46,024 bases of DNA, from the IMG/VR virus record IMGVR_UViG_2718218133_000007. One strand, given 5' to 3'. The notes beneath the pieces were generated by a model, which saw only the letters and a list, made by a program, of their open reading frames with translations, made no database searches and was not told the origin of the DNA. Positions 34,016 to 42,706 of this stretch are shown here, in pieces. Within the stretch, counting starts at the first letter, position 1. Every line of letters starts with the position of its first letter. Position numbers and translations under genes: made by a program. This DNA comes from a virus (lineage: Duplodnaviria > Heunggongvirae > Uroviricota > Caudoviricetes).

Positions 34016-34476
34016 GCTTTAGCCCTTCTTAGTAAATAGTGTGTAGGGCGACTGAAGGACCGAGTTTATGCTTTTTCGCATTGCTTTCAGTTAGTACACC
34101 GGTATCGCACCGGAAACAATCCTACGGCAAATTGGTTGTCTGACCTCTCGGTTTTTCGTGCATTAACCGATACCCACTACAGTCTCGGCGAAAGCTGCAC
34201 ACCCCCAGGGTGTACTGGTAGCACTCGGCACAGCCTAGCACGCCACTTTCTTCTCACTATCCAGTCTAATTTTATCCCCTAGTCAGACACTCAGATGTAG
34301 TGCTCCGCAGCGGCATGCGGGGGAATACAAAAACTCGGACAAAATTGGGCCCTCCTTTTTGAATCACTCGCGGGGATGTAGTTATTAATACATGGAAAAA
34401 GATCTGTTTTCAAATCCAACATTATATGGTTTCAATACCACGGGGTGGCTATGTGTTTCTCATTGTTAATTGGAAT

Positions 34477-34800
34477 CTACTGTAATCGATCCGAACGTAA
34501 ATGCGGCAAAACTCGACTCCACTTATCATCCTGCCACGGCCGGAATTTTACATGTGCCGTTTCTCTGGCAAGGATTGCCTGTGCCTTATTGAGTATCTGG
34601 GGATATTCTTGCTCGATAGAAGTGAAGCGACCAGCTTCACGATGCTCCGCAACCTGAAGAAGAGGAGTAACGTTCTGGTAGGTAATTAACATCACATTCC
34701 CTGCTCGCCATAACCAGGCGAGTGTGCAAAGTTCGTTATCAGTGAATTGTTTTGTGATTGGGTATTGTTGAACTGCTAGAACGAGAACGCCAGCATCCAT
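34477..34800 (-). CDS. hypothetical protein (107 aa), no family recognised
   Basis: ORF downstream of ybcK on the same strand; no recognisable motifs. Confidence 0.4.
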   Translation of the reverse strand: MDAGVLVLAVQQYPITKQFTDNELCTLAWLWRAGNVMLITYQNVTPLLQVAEHREAGRFTSIEQEYPQILNKAQAILARETAHVKFRPWQDDKWSRVLPHLRSDRLQ

Positions 34801-34911
34801 TGGCAGTCTCTATAGTAAAACCATAGCTCAGGACGCTTCGTTCAGGATAGATAATTTTATTGTACTTACCTAACTTTCTTACTATAGCACGGTTGAAAAA
34901 GTGATTATTAC

Positions 34912-36438
34912 TCAAAAATAAACCTCACCATCAACCATATATTTGAGAGTACTTATCGCCTGCTGGGCGGATATTGTTTTCATTAAAGGATAGTGTTTAA
35001 AAACAATGCCATTCATAAAATAGATATCACAGGTTTTATTATCTGTATTGATTATGATTTTTTCGAATGTTTTATAGGCAAGTGTACGACATAGCTCTCG
35101 CCCATTTTTACTGGTTAAGTCAATAGCATGAAAATCACCAAGTGAACTCACCGCTTTACTCTTCAAAGTTTTTAATGATACAGAAGCCCTTCGTAATTCC
35201 TTATCTAATACTCTGATTTTTTCTGCTATAGCGGTAACTTCAGGCGCAACAGATAATGCAGCAATTAAATTATTAATTTTCATCTGGAGCTCAATAATTT
35301 TCAACTCTAAAGTTTCATTAGCATCTTTCTTGTTTTCAACTGGTTGGATTTTACTACAATTAAAAAGCAACTCATTAATGATATTATAATCAACCAAATC
35401 TCTCTTTATTGATGGCCTGTCACATCGATGCAGTCTTCTCATCGGACAAACATAATAGCCATGCAAACTTCCAGATACCGCATGAACAATCATGGTATTA
35501 CCACAAGCCTCGCACTTCATAACTGTTCGAAGTAGATTTATCAACATAGGATTTTTGCTACTATTGCTAATACCAAAAGGTGCCAACCGAATTTCCTGTA
35601 CAGCGTAAAACAAATCATCTGATATGACTCTGGGATAATAGCCAGCGATTTCACTTATTCCTTTACCTCTTGCACGATATGAAGGTACGCATATACCTAT
35701 CAGAGCTTTATTCGCTAATAATTTTTCAATTACAGAAGGTCCCCATGCACTTTCTTTTCCTGAGAAATTCTTTACAGCATGATCATTTAAATACTTGGCT
35801 ATTGCATTCAATGAGCGCCTTTCCATCCTGAGTTTAAAAATTAGCTCAATAGTTTTCACCCTGTCGGGGTCTGGAACAAAAGCCGTTCTTTTGTCATCTA
35901 AGGAGAGCCATCTCGGACAAGACGCCGTCATAATCGTACCTGATTCCAGTGCATCCTGCCGTTTTTTCTTCCATGATAATTTAACCCGACTTGACTTTAT
36001 CTCGCTTTCTTCATTTGCCCTTTGTGCTATAAGTATGGCTTTTATTAATGAATATGGCTCATTCAAAGAGTCAATATTATAGACTGTATTGTCGCAAAGA
36101 GTTATAACATCAATACCGTGATTCAAAATCAATTTCAGACGTTCAATCGCTTCACCGACTTTTTCTCTTGAAAGTCTGTCCAGACTTTCAACTAACAATG
36201 TAGTTCCTGGCAATATATAACCATGCTCTATAGCATCTAAAAATTCCGAAAAAGCTCCTGATTGTGCATGCTTTCCTTTGAATGCACTTAATCCTAAATC
36301 TTCATATGTTATGGTATCAAGATAATAATCACTATTTACCTTTAACCATTCAGCAATAAGTCTTCTCTGTCGGTTTAATGAGTCGCCAGACATCTGACCT
36401 GGTGATGAAAATCGCATATATGCTATGGCTTTTTTCAT
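34912..36438 (-). CDS. ybcK: large serine recombinase (resolvase/invertase-type N-terminal domain, recombinase domain, zinc ribbon, coiled coil), YbcK-like
   Basis: 508-aa ORF; N-terminal …AIAYMRFSSPGQ… with candidate catalytic Ser; Cys cluster CEACG…C…C; AT-rich; adjacent to emrE as in DLP12. Confidence 0.75.
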   Translation of the reverse strand: MKKAIAYMRFSSPGQMSGDSLNRQRRLIAEWLKVNSDYYLDTITYEDLGLSAFKGKHAQSGAFSEFLDAIEHGYILPGTTLLVESLDRLSREKVGEAIERLKLILNHGIDVITLCDNTVYNIDSLNEPYSLIKAILIAQRANEESEIKSSRVKLSWKKKRQDALESGTIMTASCPRWLSLDDKRTAFVPDPDRVKTIELIFKLRMERRSLNAIAKYLNDHAVKNFSGKESAWGPSVIEKLLANKALIGICVPSYRARGKGISEIAGYYPRVISDDLFYAVQEIRLAPFGISNSSKNPMLINLLRTVMKCEACGNTMIVHAVSGSLHGYYVCPMRRLHRCDRPSIKRDLVDYNIINELLFNCSKIQPVENKKDANETLELKIIELQMKINNLIAALSVAPEVTAIAEKIRVLDKELRRASVSLKTLKSKAVSSLGDFHAIDLTSKNGRELCRTLAYKTFEKIIINTDNKTCDIYFMNGIVFKHYPLMKTISAQQAISTLKYMVDGEVYF

Positions 36439-36694
36439 GGTGACACCTGCTAACGTATGCTTTTATAAACCTTAGTGGTGGGATATAATTTTTGTTTAAT
36501 TTTTATTTAAAAAGACAATTAAGGTCACATTATCTTGAATATACAACAATAATCGTATTGCAATTTTCTTACGCCATAATCTTGAAAGCACAAAAGAATA
36601 CATAAAAAAATAAAGACATTAACAAAAAGCATAAAACGAGGCTCATATAAATATAAGAGCCTCCATATTTTAGTCGTTTAGAAACAAATTATTT

Positions 36695-37027
36695 TTAATG
36701 TGGTGTGCTTCGTGACAATAAATTAATAACCAACACACCGGCACAAATCAACATCATGCCTATAATGGCTGGCAGGTCCAGCCGTTGGCCGAAAAGTCCC
36801 CATGACAGTAAGCTAATCAGGACAATACCGACTCCTGACCAGATAGCATAAGCAATCCCTGTAGGAATATAAGCCAGCGTCTGAGCTAATAACCAGAATG
36901 ATGCACAATAACAAATAATTGTACCAACAGATGGCCATAACCGTGTAAAACCTTCTGAAAACTTCATTAAGGTTGTACCAATGACCTCTGCAAGTATTGC
37001 ACCACCAAGATAAATATAAGGGTTCAT
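36695..37027 (-). CDS. emrE: small multidrug resistance efflux transporter EmrE
   Basis: 110 aa from MNPYIYLGGAILAEVIGTTLMKFSEGF… matches recalled EmrE; four TM segments; ORF track extends to 37081. Confidence 0.9.
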   Translation of the reverse strand: MNPYIYLGGAILAEVIGTTLMKFSEGFTRLWPSVGTIICYCASFWLLAQTLAYIPTGIAYAIWSGVGIVLISLLSWGLFGQRLDLPAIIGMMLICAGVLVINLLSRSTPH

Positions 37028-37094
37028 AGAATATTCTTTCCTGTTCAAACTGGAGAGAATTGTACTACAGTTTGAACTCAACTCACCTGTTTCA

Positions 37095-37397
37095 TCATTG
37101 TGTACCCATTGATGTTCTTTTATATACCCTCAATACCCGTTTCATCGCGGCACTCTGGCGACACTCCTTAAAAATCAGATTCGTGCTCACCTTTCCTTCC
37201 CGTTCTTCTCTGGTAGCAAACCGGTAATACACCGTTCGCCAGACCTTACCTTCGATAGCCAGAAGACCTGCCCGTGCCATTTTAGCCGCAGCCTGATTTA
37301 TGCTGGTTACCGTTGCGCCTGTTACCGCGGCAACGTCCTGCGCACAGAATTTCTTATGAGTCCCCAGGTAATGAATAATTGCCTCTTTGCCCGTCAT
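37095..37397 (-). CDS. ren: Ren-like protein
   Basis: 100-aa ORF MTGKEAIIHYLGTH…QAAAKMARAGLL… matching recalled lambda Ren; overlaps P stop. Confidence 0.85.
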   Translation of the reverse strand: MTGKEAIIHYLGTHKKFCAQDVAAVTGATVTSINQAAAKMARAGLLAIEGKVWRTVYYRFATREEREGKVSTNLIFKECRQSAAMKRVLRVYKRTSMGTQ

Positions 37398-38095
37398 ACC
37401 CTTGCTCCTTTCAGCCCAAACTTAGCTTTGATTTCTGCGATCTTCGCCAGAGCCTGTGCACGATTTAGAGGTCTACCGCCCATGACAGGAAGTTGTTTTA
37501 CTGGTTCAGGTATAGCCTCACCACGGTTAATTCGTGCGGTCATACAGGACAGTTCATCGGCAGCCTTGCGCCGTAATTCCGCGTCAGTCAACGCATTGGC
37601 CCGCATGTTCTGATACAGGTTGGTAACCAGCCAGTAGTGCGCGTTTGATTTCCACGGATAAGACTCTGCATCCGGATACAGCCCGCGCTTCCGGCAATAC
37701 TCGTAAACCATATCAACCAGCTCGCTGGCGTTTGGCAGCCCGGCGGTAACGGATGCTTCTTCCCGGCACCAGGCGACAAACTGCCCGGGTGATGGCAGGA
37801 ATGGTCGATTCTGCCGACGGGCTACGCGCATTCCAGCGTTAACCTGTTCCATTGTGGTGATCCCGTTTTCCCGAAAAGCCAGCACCCACTGGCGGCGGAT
37901 TTCGTTCAGTTCATTCTGGTCACGGTTAGCCAGGCTCGCCGGGAAAGTTGCCAGTAACTGGCTGAACACACCGTTGATGATCTGCGCTACCTGCTGTACC
38001 TGCGGCTTTTCGTCGTACTGTTCCGGCATGTTGTTGGCGATCCGACGCATCTGCTCACGGTCAAAGTTAACCATCTGTGCGGCGATGTTTTTCAT
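37394..38095 (-). CDS. P: replication protein P (DnaB helicase loader)
   Basis: 233-aa ORF matching recalled lambda P. Confidence 0.9.
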   Translation of the reverse strand: MKNIAAQMVNFDREQMRRIANNMPEQYDEKPQVQQVAQIINGVFSQLLATFPASLANRDQNELNEIRRQWVLAFRENGITTMEQVNAGMRVARRQNRPFLPSPGQFVAWCREEASVTAGLPNASELVDMVYEYCRKRGLYPDAESYPWKSNAHYWLVTNLYQNMRANALTDAELRRKAADELSCMTARINRGEAIPEPVKQLPVMGGRPLNRAQALAKIAEIKAKFGLKGARV

Positions 38096-39111
38096 AAATC
38101 CACCCCGTAAATCCAGTCAGTGTTTGTCAGGTCGAGTTTTGGTTTGCTGGCTATCATGCCTGCCTGTTGCTTGTTACGGTTGATTTCGAGTTGGGTCCAC
38201 TTGTCGCGGAGTTTGGCCGGACTTAGCACGTTACCGGACCAGAAGTTGTCCTGGCATGCCCAGCGGAAAAGCACGCACATGTCGCGGTGGTTACGTCCGT
38301 CACGTTCACGCATCAGGCGGATATCGTTAGCCCACCCTGCAAAATTCGGTTTTCTGGCTGATGGTGCGATGGTCTTCACCATGTCAAACATCCACTCTGC
38401 GGCGGTCAGGTCTTCTGCTGTCCCCCACTTGCTGCCGCTCTGAATTGCAGCATCTGGTTTCACCACAGGAAGATCGTTTTCTGGTTGGTCAGAGGATTCG
38501 CCAGAATTCTCGGACGAAAAAGGTTTTATATTGTCTTTTGTTAGTTTGTCTTTTGTGTTTACCTGATTCGGGTAAACGCCTTTACCTGATTTGGGTAAAC
38601 TTTTCTTACCTGATTCAGGTAAATTTACCTCTTTCAGGTAAACTTTATTTTTCTTACCTGATTCGGGTAATGTTGACCATTCACTGACCACATTATTAAT
38701 ACCGATATTCCGCCCGCTCTGAATCAAAATCCCACGCTTTACCAGAACACTTTTTGCAGCAGAACACTTGTGCGGTAATATCCCGGTCAATCCGGACAGT
38801 TGCTCGTTGCTCACCCAATCCAGTTTTTTATTAAAGCCATATGTTTTGCGCATGACAGCCAGGAAGACCAGAAGCTGGTGCTGTGTTAATCCGGCCAGCA
38901 TCACAGCTTCCAGCAACTCATTTGCAATGCGCGTATAACCATCATCGAGATCTGCCACGCGCGGCTCCTTTTGTGCCGCATCCGGCACTGGAAAATTGAA
39001 TATCTCAGCAGTGTTTGCCATAATTCCTCCCGCAATGAGTGTGTTACGATTTGCACCTGAAAGTCGGTTCTGTTCCAGCAGACCGGCTTTCGCCATTTCT
39101 GAACCTGTCAT
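38092..39111 (-). CDS. O: replication initiator protein O (contains ori)
   Basis: N- and C-terminal regions resemble lambda O; iterons inside the gene; start codon uncertain (Met1, Met6 or Met31 of the track ORF). Confidence 0.85.
   Translation of the reverse strand: MTGSEMAKAGLLEQNRLSGANRNTLIAGGIMANTAEIFNFPVPDAAQKEPRVADLDDGYTRIANELLEAVMLAGLTQHQLLVFLAVMRKTYGFNKKLDWVSNEQLSGLTGILPHKCSAAKSVLVKRGILIQSGRNIGINNVVSEWSTLPESGKKNKVYLKEVNLPESGKKSLPKSGKGVYPNQVNTKDKLTKDNIKPFSSENSGESSDQPENDLPVVKPDAAIQSGSKWGTAEDLTAAEWMFDMVKTIAPSARKPNFAGWANDIRLMRERDGRNHRDMCVLFRWACQDNFWSGNVLSPAKLRDKWTQLEINRNKQQAGMIASKPKLDLTNTDWIYGVDL
38558..38672. repeat. origin iterons (4-5 copies of a ~19-20-bp unit tacctgattcgggtaaa-like) with adjacent AT-rich tract
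   Basis: tttacctgattcgggtaaac, tttacctgatttgggtaaac, cttacctgattcaggtaaat, ttacctctttcaggtaaac, cttacctgattcgggtaatg read directly; AT-rich segment at ~38520-38557. Confidence 0.8.
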
Positions 39112-39647
39112 ATCGCCCCCAGCATGGTAGTAACCATCGCCATCAATGGACCAGCCAGATCTGGGTCCACACGAAACATCGATACAATACCTTCACTAAT
39201 TTCCTTCAGTTTCTGGTGGCGTGGTGCGTTGAGAATGACAGCCTGTTTTGCCTCACTGAGTTCCTTTTCCATTTCAGCCAACCTGGCCATGAAGCTATCC
39301 TGCTCAACCAGGTAACCGCGATATTCCAGCGGTAGTACCGCCAGAATTGCCGGGGTCAGTTCACGCACGTTATTTCGGTATTTTTCAGAATCGAATTTGT
39401 TATCGAGGAAGCGGAACAGCTTCTGGCGTGCACGGCTGACATCATCAGGGAAATCGATGGTGCCGCCGCCCTGCTCCCGATACTCATTCACAATGAGTGT
39501 GGCAACGACATCCTGATTATCTACAGCCGACCAGGCGCGGACGGCATCACGGATTTTTTCGTGGCCTGGCACCTGTTTTGTTTGAGAACGATTTATCACC
39601 GCAGTCGGGCTAAATCCGCTAGTCTGTTGGTATGGAAGTGGTTGCAT
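39108..39647 (-). CDS. putative regulator occupying the cII position (not lambda-cII-like; possibly phage 186 CII / YdaT-like)
   Basis: 179-aa ORF directly after cro and nutR-like boxA, stop overlapping O start (ATGA); family assignment is a guess. Confidence 0.4.
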   Translation of the reverse strand: MQPLPYQQTSGFSPTAVINRSQTKQVPGHEKIRDAVRAWSAVDNQDVVATLIVNEYREQGGGTIDFPDDVSRARQKLFRFLDNKFDSEKYRNNVRELTPAILAVLPLEYRGYLVEQDSFMARLAEMEKELSEAKQAVILNAPRHQKLKEISEGIVSMFRVDPDLAGPLMAMVTTMLGAI

Positions 39648-39691
39648 AATTGACTCCTTTAGTTTGAATTGACTGTTAAGTTGATTGCTTA

Positions 39692-39704
39692 TTGTTAAAG
39701 AGCG
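39692..39704 (-). promoter_or_regulatory. boxA-like element (CGCTCTTTAACAA) in the cro-proximal rightward transcript (nutR-like)
   Basis: + strand ttgttaaagagcg; lies between cro stop and the next gene; no convincing boxB hairpin identified. Confidence 0.45.
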
Positions 39705-39716
39705 TGAAATGGAAAT

Positions 39717-39947
39717 TTAAGCTGCGTTCTTTTCGGTGTGTGGAAACAACTTCGGAAGATCCGGGCGAATCTGGTATGCCTTCACTACTCCACCAGTAGC
39801 CGTAACAATGCTGCCGACATGTTCAGGGGATACCTTTGCTTTGTTGTGAAGCCACTTATAGACGGCCTGCTGTGAAACTTCGCAAGCAGCGCCCAGTTTC
39901 TTTTGTGAACCAACGATATTGATCGCTGTTTTGATAGCTGGGTTCAT
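39717..39947 (-). CDS. cro: Cro-like repressor (HTH)
   Basis: 76-aa ORF with HTH (…QKKLGAACEVSQQAVYKWLH…), divergent from cI, first gene of rightward operon. Confidence 0.75.
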   Translation of the reverse strand: MNPAIKTAINIVGSQKKLGAACEVSQQAVYKWLHNKAKVSPEHVGSIVTATGGVVKAYQIRPDLPKLFPHTEKNAA

Positions 39948-40051
39948 AACAACCTCCGTGGTTAATTTGAATCAAGATTAAAACTATGGTTGTTTTTAGT
40001 CAACAACCATTTTCGTTTGATGGAATAAAACCTTGGTTGTACATTTGGACT
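39948..40051. promoter_or_regulatory. OR-like operator/promoter region between cro and cI (PR/PRM)
   Basis: Repeated ACAACC / GGTTGT half-sites in inverted arrangement (e.g. atggttgtttttagtcaacaaccat) in the divergent intergenic region. Confidence 0.6.
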
Positions 40052-40741
40052 ATGAAAACAACACTCTCAGAAAGACTTAAAGAAGCCAGATTAGCGCGAG
40101 GCCTTACACAAAAGGCGCTTGGGGATTTGGTCGGGGTTAGCCAGGCTGCTATTCAGAAAATCGAAACAGGGAAAGCTAATCAAACAACTAAAATCGTGGA
40201 GATCGCGAACGCTTTGGGTGTGCGCGCAGAATGGTTATCTTCTGGCGTTGGAAATATGTCAGACAGTACAGTGCAACCAATACAATCAACTGTCAGCCAT
40301 TCCAAATACTTCAAGATTGACGTTCTTGATATAGAAGTCAGTGCTGGGCCGGGAGTCATCAACCGTGAGTTTGTAGAAGTTCTACGCTCGGTTGAGTACT
40401 CGTTTGACGATGCTCGTCACATGTTCGATGGTAGGAAGGCGGAAAATATCCGCATCATTAACGTGCGTGGTGACAGCATGTCAGGAACGATCGAACCAGG
40501 TGATCTGCTGTTCGTTGATATCACAGTTAAATCTTTCGACGGTGATGGTATCTATGCGTTTCTGTACGACGACACAGCCCATGTAAAGCGCCTGCAAATG
40601 ATGAAGGATAAGCTGCTGGTCATCTCTGATAACAAAAGCTACTCACCGTGGGACCCGATCGAGAAAGACGAGATGAACCGGGTGTTCATCTTCGGTAAGG
40701 TTATTGGGAGCATGCCGCAGACATATAGGAAGCATGGGTAG
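40052..40741 (+). CDS. cI: CI-type prophage repressor (N-terminal HTH, C-terminal LexA/S24-like autocleavage domain)
   Basis: MKTTLSERLKEARLARGLTQKALGDLVGVSQAAIQKIETGK… HTH; C-terminal GDSM…KRL Ser/Lys dyad; start placed at Met23 of the track ORF (39986). Confidence 0.85.
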   Translation: MKTTLSERLKEARLARGLTQKALGDLVGVSQAAIQKIETGKANQTTKIVEIANALGVRAEWLSSGVGNMSDSTVQPIQSTVSHSKYFKIDVLDIEVSAGPGVINREFVEVLRSVEYSFDDARHMFDGRKAENIRIINVRGDSMSGTIEPGDLLFVDITVKSFDGDGIYAFLYDDTAHVKRLQMMKDKLLVISDNKSYSPWDPIEKDEMNRVFIFGKVIGSMPQTYRKHG

Positions 40742-40863
40742 TACCAATTAAAAATTATCAACTGGGCATTGTGCTCATTCAGTAAAGAACTAATTCCTAT
40801 CTTTGCTCTAGGTAGTAATATTAAGCCACCGCAATAATATCTTTACCTAACGGCGTAAGAATC

Positions 40864-40889
40864 CCGGTCACCGTGCCGGGTTTTCTTTT
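40864..40889 (+). terminator. intrinsic terminator downstream of cI
   Basis: cccgg-tcaccgtg-ccggg followed by ttttctttt. Confidence 0.55.
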
Positions 40890-40979
40890 GCCCTCCCCTC
40901 ATCACACACACCGTTAAAAAAACCACCATAACCTCGCTTCAGTTATCGCTATGCGATTCAAGTCACAAAATAAATCCAT

Positions 40980-41060
40980 CCTAAATACAACCAGTTATAT
41001 CTAAAACAACCAATAAAACAACTTTTGTTGTTGACGATAAAACAACTATAGTTTTAAATA
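40980..41060 (+). promoter_or_regulatory. OL/pL-like region: ACAAC/GTTGT operator repeats with candidate -35 TTGACG and -10 TAAATA (18-bp spacer)
   Basis: aacaacttttgttgttgacg…(18 bp)…taaata; same half-site family as the OR region. Confidence 0.5.
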
Positions 41061-41335
41061 AGTTCATCGCAACAACACAACGATACGGCAACTACCTGAT
41101 TCACCGTTGCGATGACCGCTTAGATCCGCAGTTTGAATTTCAGCAGGCTTCGGGGAGTGCGAGGGGTGAAACGGACGCGTGAACGTCGGTGTGACCAGCT
41201 GAAATTAACTCAACATTTCATACCTCAGTCGCTTCAACGAGGCGGCTTAGTTATGACAACCGGCGGCCATCCACCGCCTGAATATGCGCAGAAGTCTCTA
41301 TATGTTCAGCAGCCCAGCTTACGGGCGGAGTTTTT

Positions 41336-41542
41336 ATGGTTCATCAACATTACGGAACACAGACCGTTAATCGCGGCGCGGTCATGCCAGGAATGCTGGT
41401 CAAACACAAAGATGGTACCTGGACTGCATCAGCTAATTTACGCGGACGGCTTTATCTGCATCGCGGCATCGAGCGCACTTATACCAGTGATTTGCTCGTG
41501 GAAGTTTTTCTCGACGGACGCGGTAACGGCCTGAATCACTAA
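41336..41542 (+). CDS. hypothetical small protein (68 aa) immediately upstream of gam
   Basis: Good RBS (ggcggag-N5-ATG); natural-looking composition; occupies the kil/cIII position. Confidence 0.45.
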   Translation: MVHQHYGTQTVNRGAVMPGMLVKHKDGTWTASANLRGRLYLHRGIERTYTSDLLVEVFLDGRGNGLNH

Positions 41543-41618
41543 CCCCCCTTTCCTGTTTTCCTAATCAGCCTGGCATTTCGCGGGCGATATTTTCACAGCC
41601 ATTTTCAGGAGTTCAGCC

Positions 41619-41915
41619 ATGAACGCTTATTACATTCAGGATCGTCTTGAGGCTCAGAGCTGGGCGCGTCACTACCAGCAGCTCGCCCGTGAAGAGAAAG
41701 AGGCAGAACTGGCAGACGACATGGAAAAAGGTCTGCCCCAGCACCTGTTTGAATCACTCTGCATCGATCATTTACAACGCCACGGGGCCAGCAAAAAAGC
41801 CATTACCCGTGCGTTTGATGACGATGTTGAGTTTCAGGAGCGCATGGCAGAACACATCCGGTACATGGTTGAAACCATTGCTCACCACCAGGTTGATATT
41901 GATTCAGAGGTATAA
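41619..41915 (+). CDS. gam: Gam (RecBCD inhibitor), short form
   Basis: 98-aa [34 protein letters not shown]… matches recalled lambda GamS; in-frame stop upstream excludes the long form. Confidence 0.9.
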   Translation: MNAYYIQDRLEAQSWARHYQQLAREEKEAELADDMEKGLPQHLFESLCIDHLQRHGASKKAITRAFDDDVEFQERMAEHIRYMVETIAHHQVDIDSEV

Positions 41916-41920
41916 AACGG

Positions 41921-42706
41921 ATGAGTACAGCACTCGCAACGCTGGCTGGGAAGCTGGCTGAACGCGTCGGCATGGATTCTGTCGACCCACAGGAACTGAT
42001 CACCACTCTTCGCCAGACGGCATTTAAAGGTGATGCCAGCGATGCGCAGTTCATCGCATTGCTGATCGTCGCCAACCAGTACGGCCTTAATCCGTGGACG
42101 AAAGAAATTTACGCCTTCCCTGACAAGCAGAACGGCATCGTTCCGGTGGTGGGCGTTGATGGCTGGCCCCGTATCATCAATGAAAACCAGCAGTTTGATG
42201 GCATGGACTTTGAGCAGGACAATGAATCCTGCACATGCCGGATTTACCGCAAGGACCGCAATCATCCGATCTGCGTTACCGAGTGGATGGATGAATGCCG
42301 CCGCGAACCATTCAAAACCCGCGAAGGCAGAGAAATCACGGGGCCGTGGCAGTCGCATCCCAAACGGATGTTACGGCATAAAGCCATGATTCAGTGTGCC
42401 CGTCTCGCCTTCGGATTTGCTGGTATCTATGACAAGGATGAAGCCGAGCGCATTGTCGAAAATACCGCATACACTGCAGAACGTCAGCCGGAACGCGACA
42501 TCACTCCGGTTAACGATGAAACCATGCAGGAGATTAACACTCTGCTGATCGCCCTGGATAAAACATGGAATGACGACTTATTGCCGCTCTGTTCCCAGAT
42601 ATTTCGCCGCGACATTCGCGCATCGTCAGAACTGACACAGGCCGAAGCAGTGAAAGCTCTTGGTTTCCTGAAACAGAAAGCCACTGAGCAGAAGGTGGCA
42701 GCATGA
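41921..42706 (+). CDS. bet: Bet (Red-beta ssDNA annealing protein)
   Basis: 261-aa ORF matching recalled lambda Bet. Confidence 0.95.
   Translation: MSTALATLAGKLAERVGMDSVDPQELITTLRQTAFKGDASDAQFIALLIVANQYGLNPWTKEIYAFPDKQNGIVPVVGVDGWPRIINENQQFDGMDFEQDNESCTCRIYRKDRNHPICVTEWMDECRREPFKTREGREITGPWQSHPKRMLRHKAMIQCARLAFGFAGIYDKDEAERIVENTAYTAERQPERDITPVNDETMQEINTLLIALDKTWNDDLLPLCSQIFRRDIRASSELTQAEAVKALGFLKQKATEQKVAA

Noticed and set aside
34016-34476. Possible CRISPR array, tRNA or retron ncRNA in the ORF-free segment
   Set aside because: No regularly spaced direct repeats, no convincing cloverleaf, and no reverse transcriptase gene nearby; kept only as a generic candidate structured RNA or regulatory region.
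37588-37779. 63-aa minus-strand ORF within the P gene
   Set aside because: Internal alternative-frame ORF of a conserved gene; no independent support.
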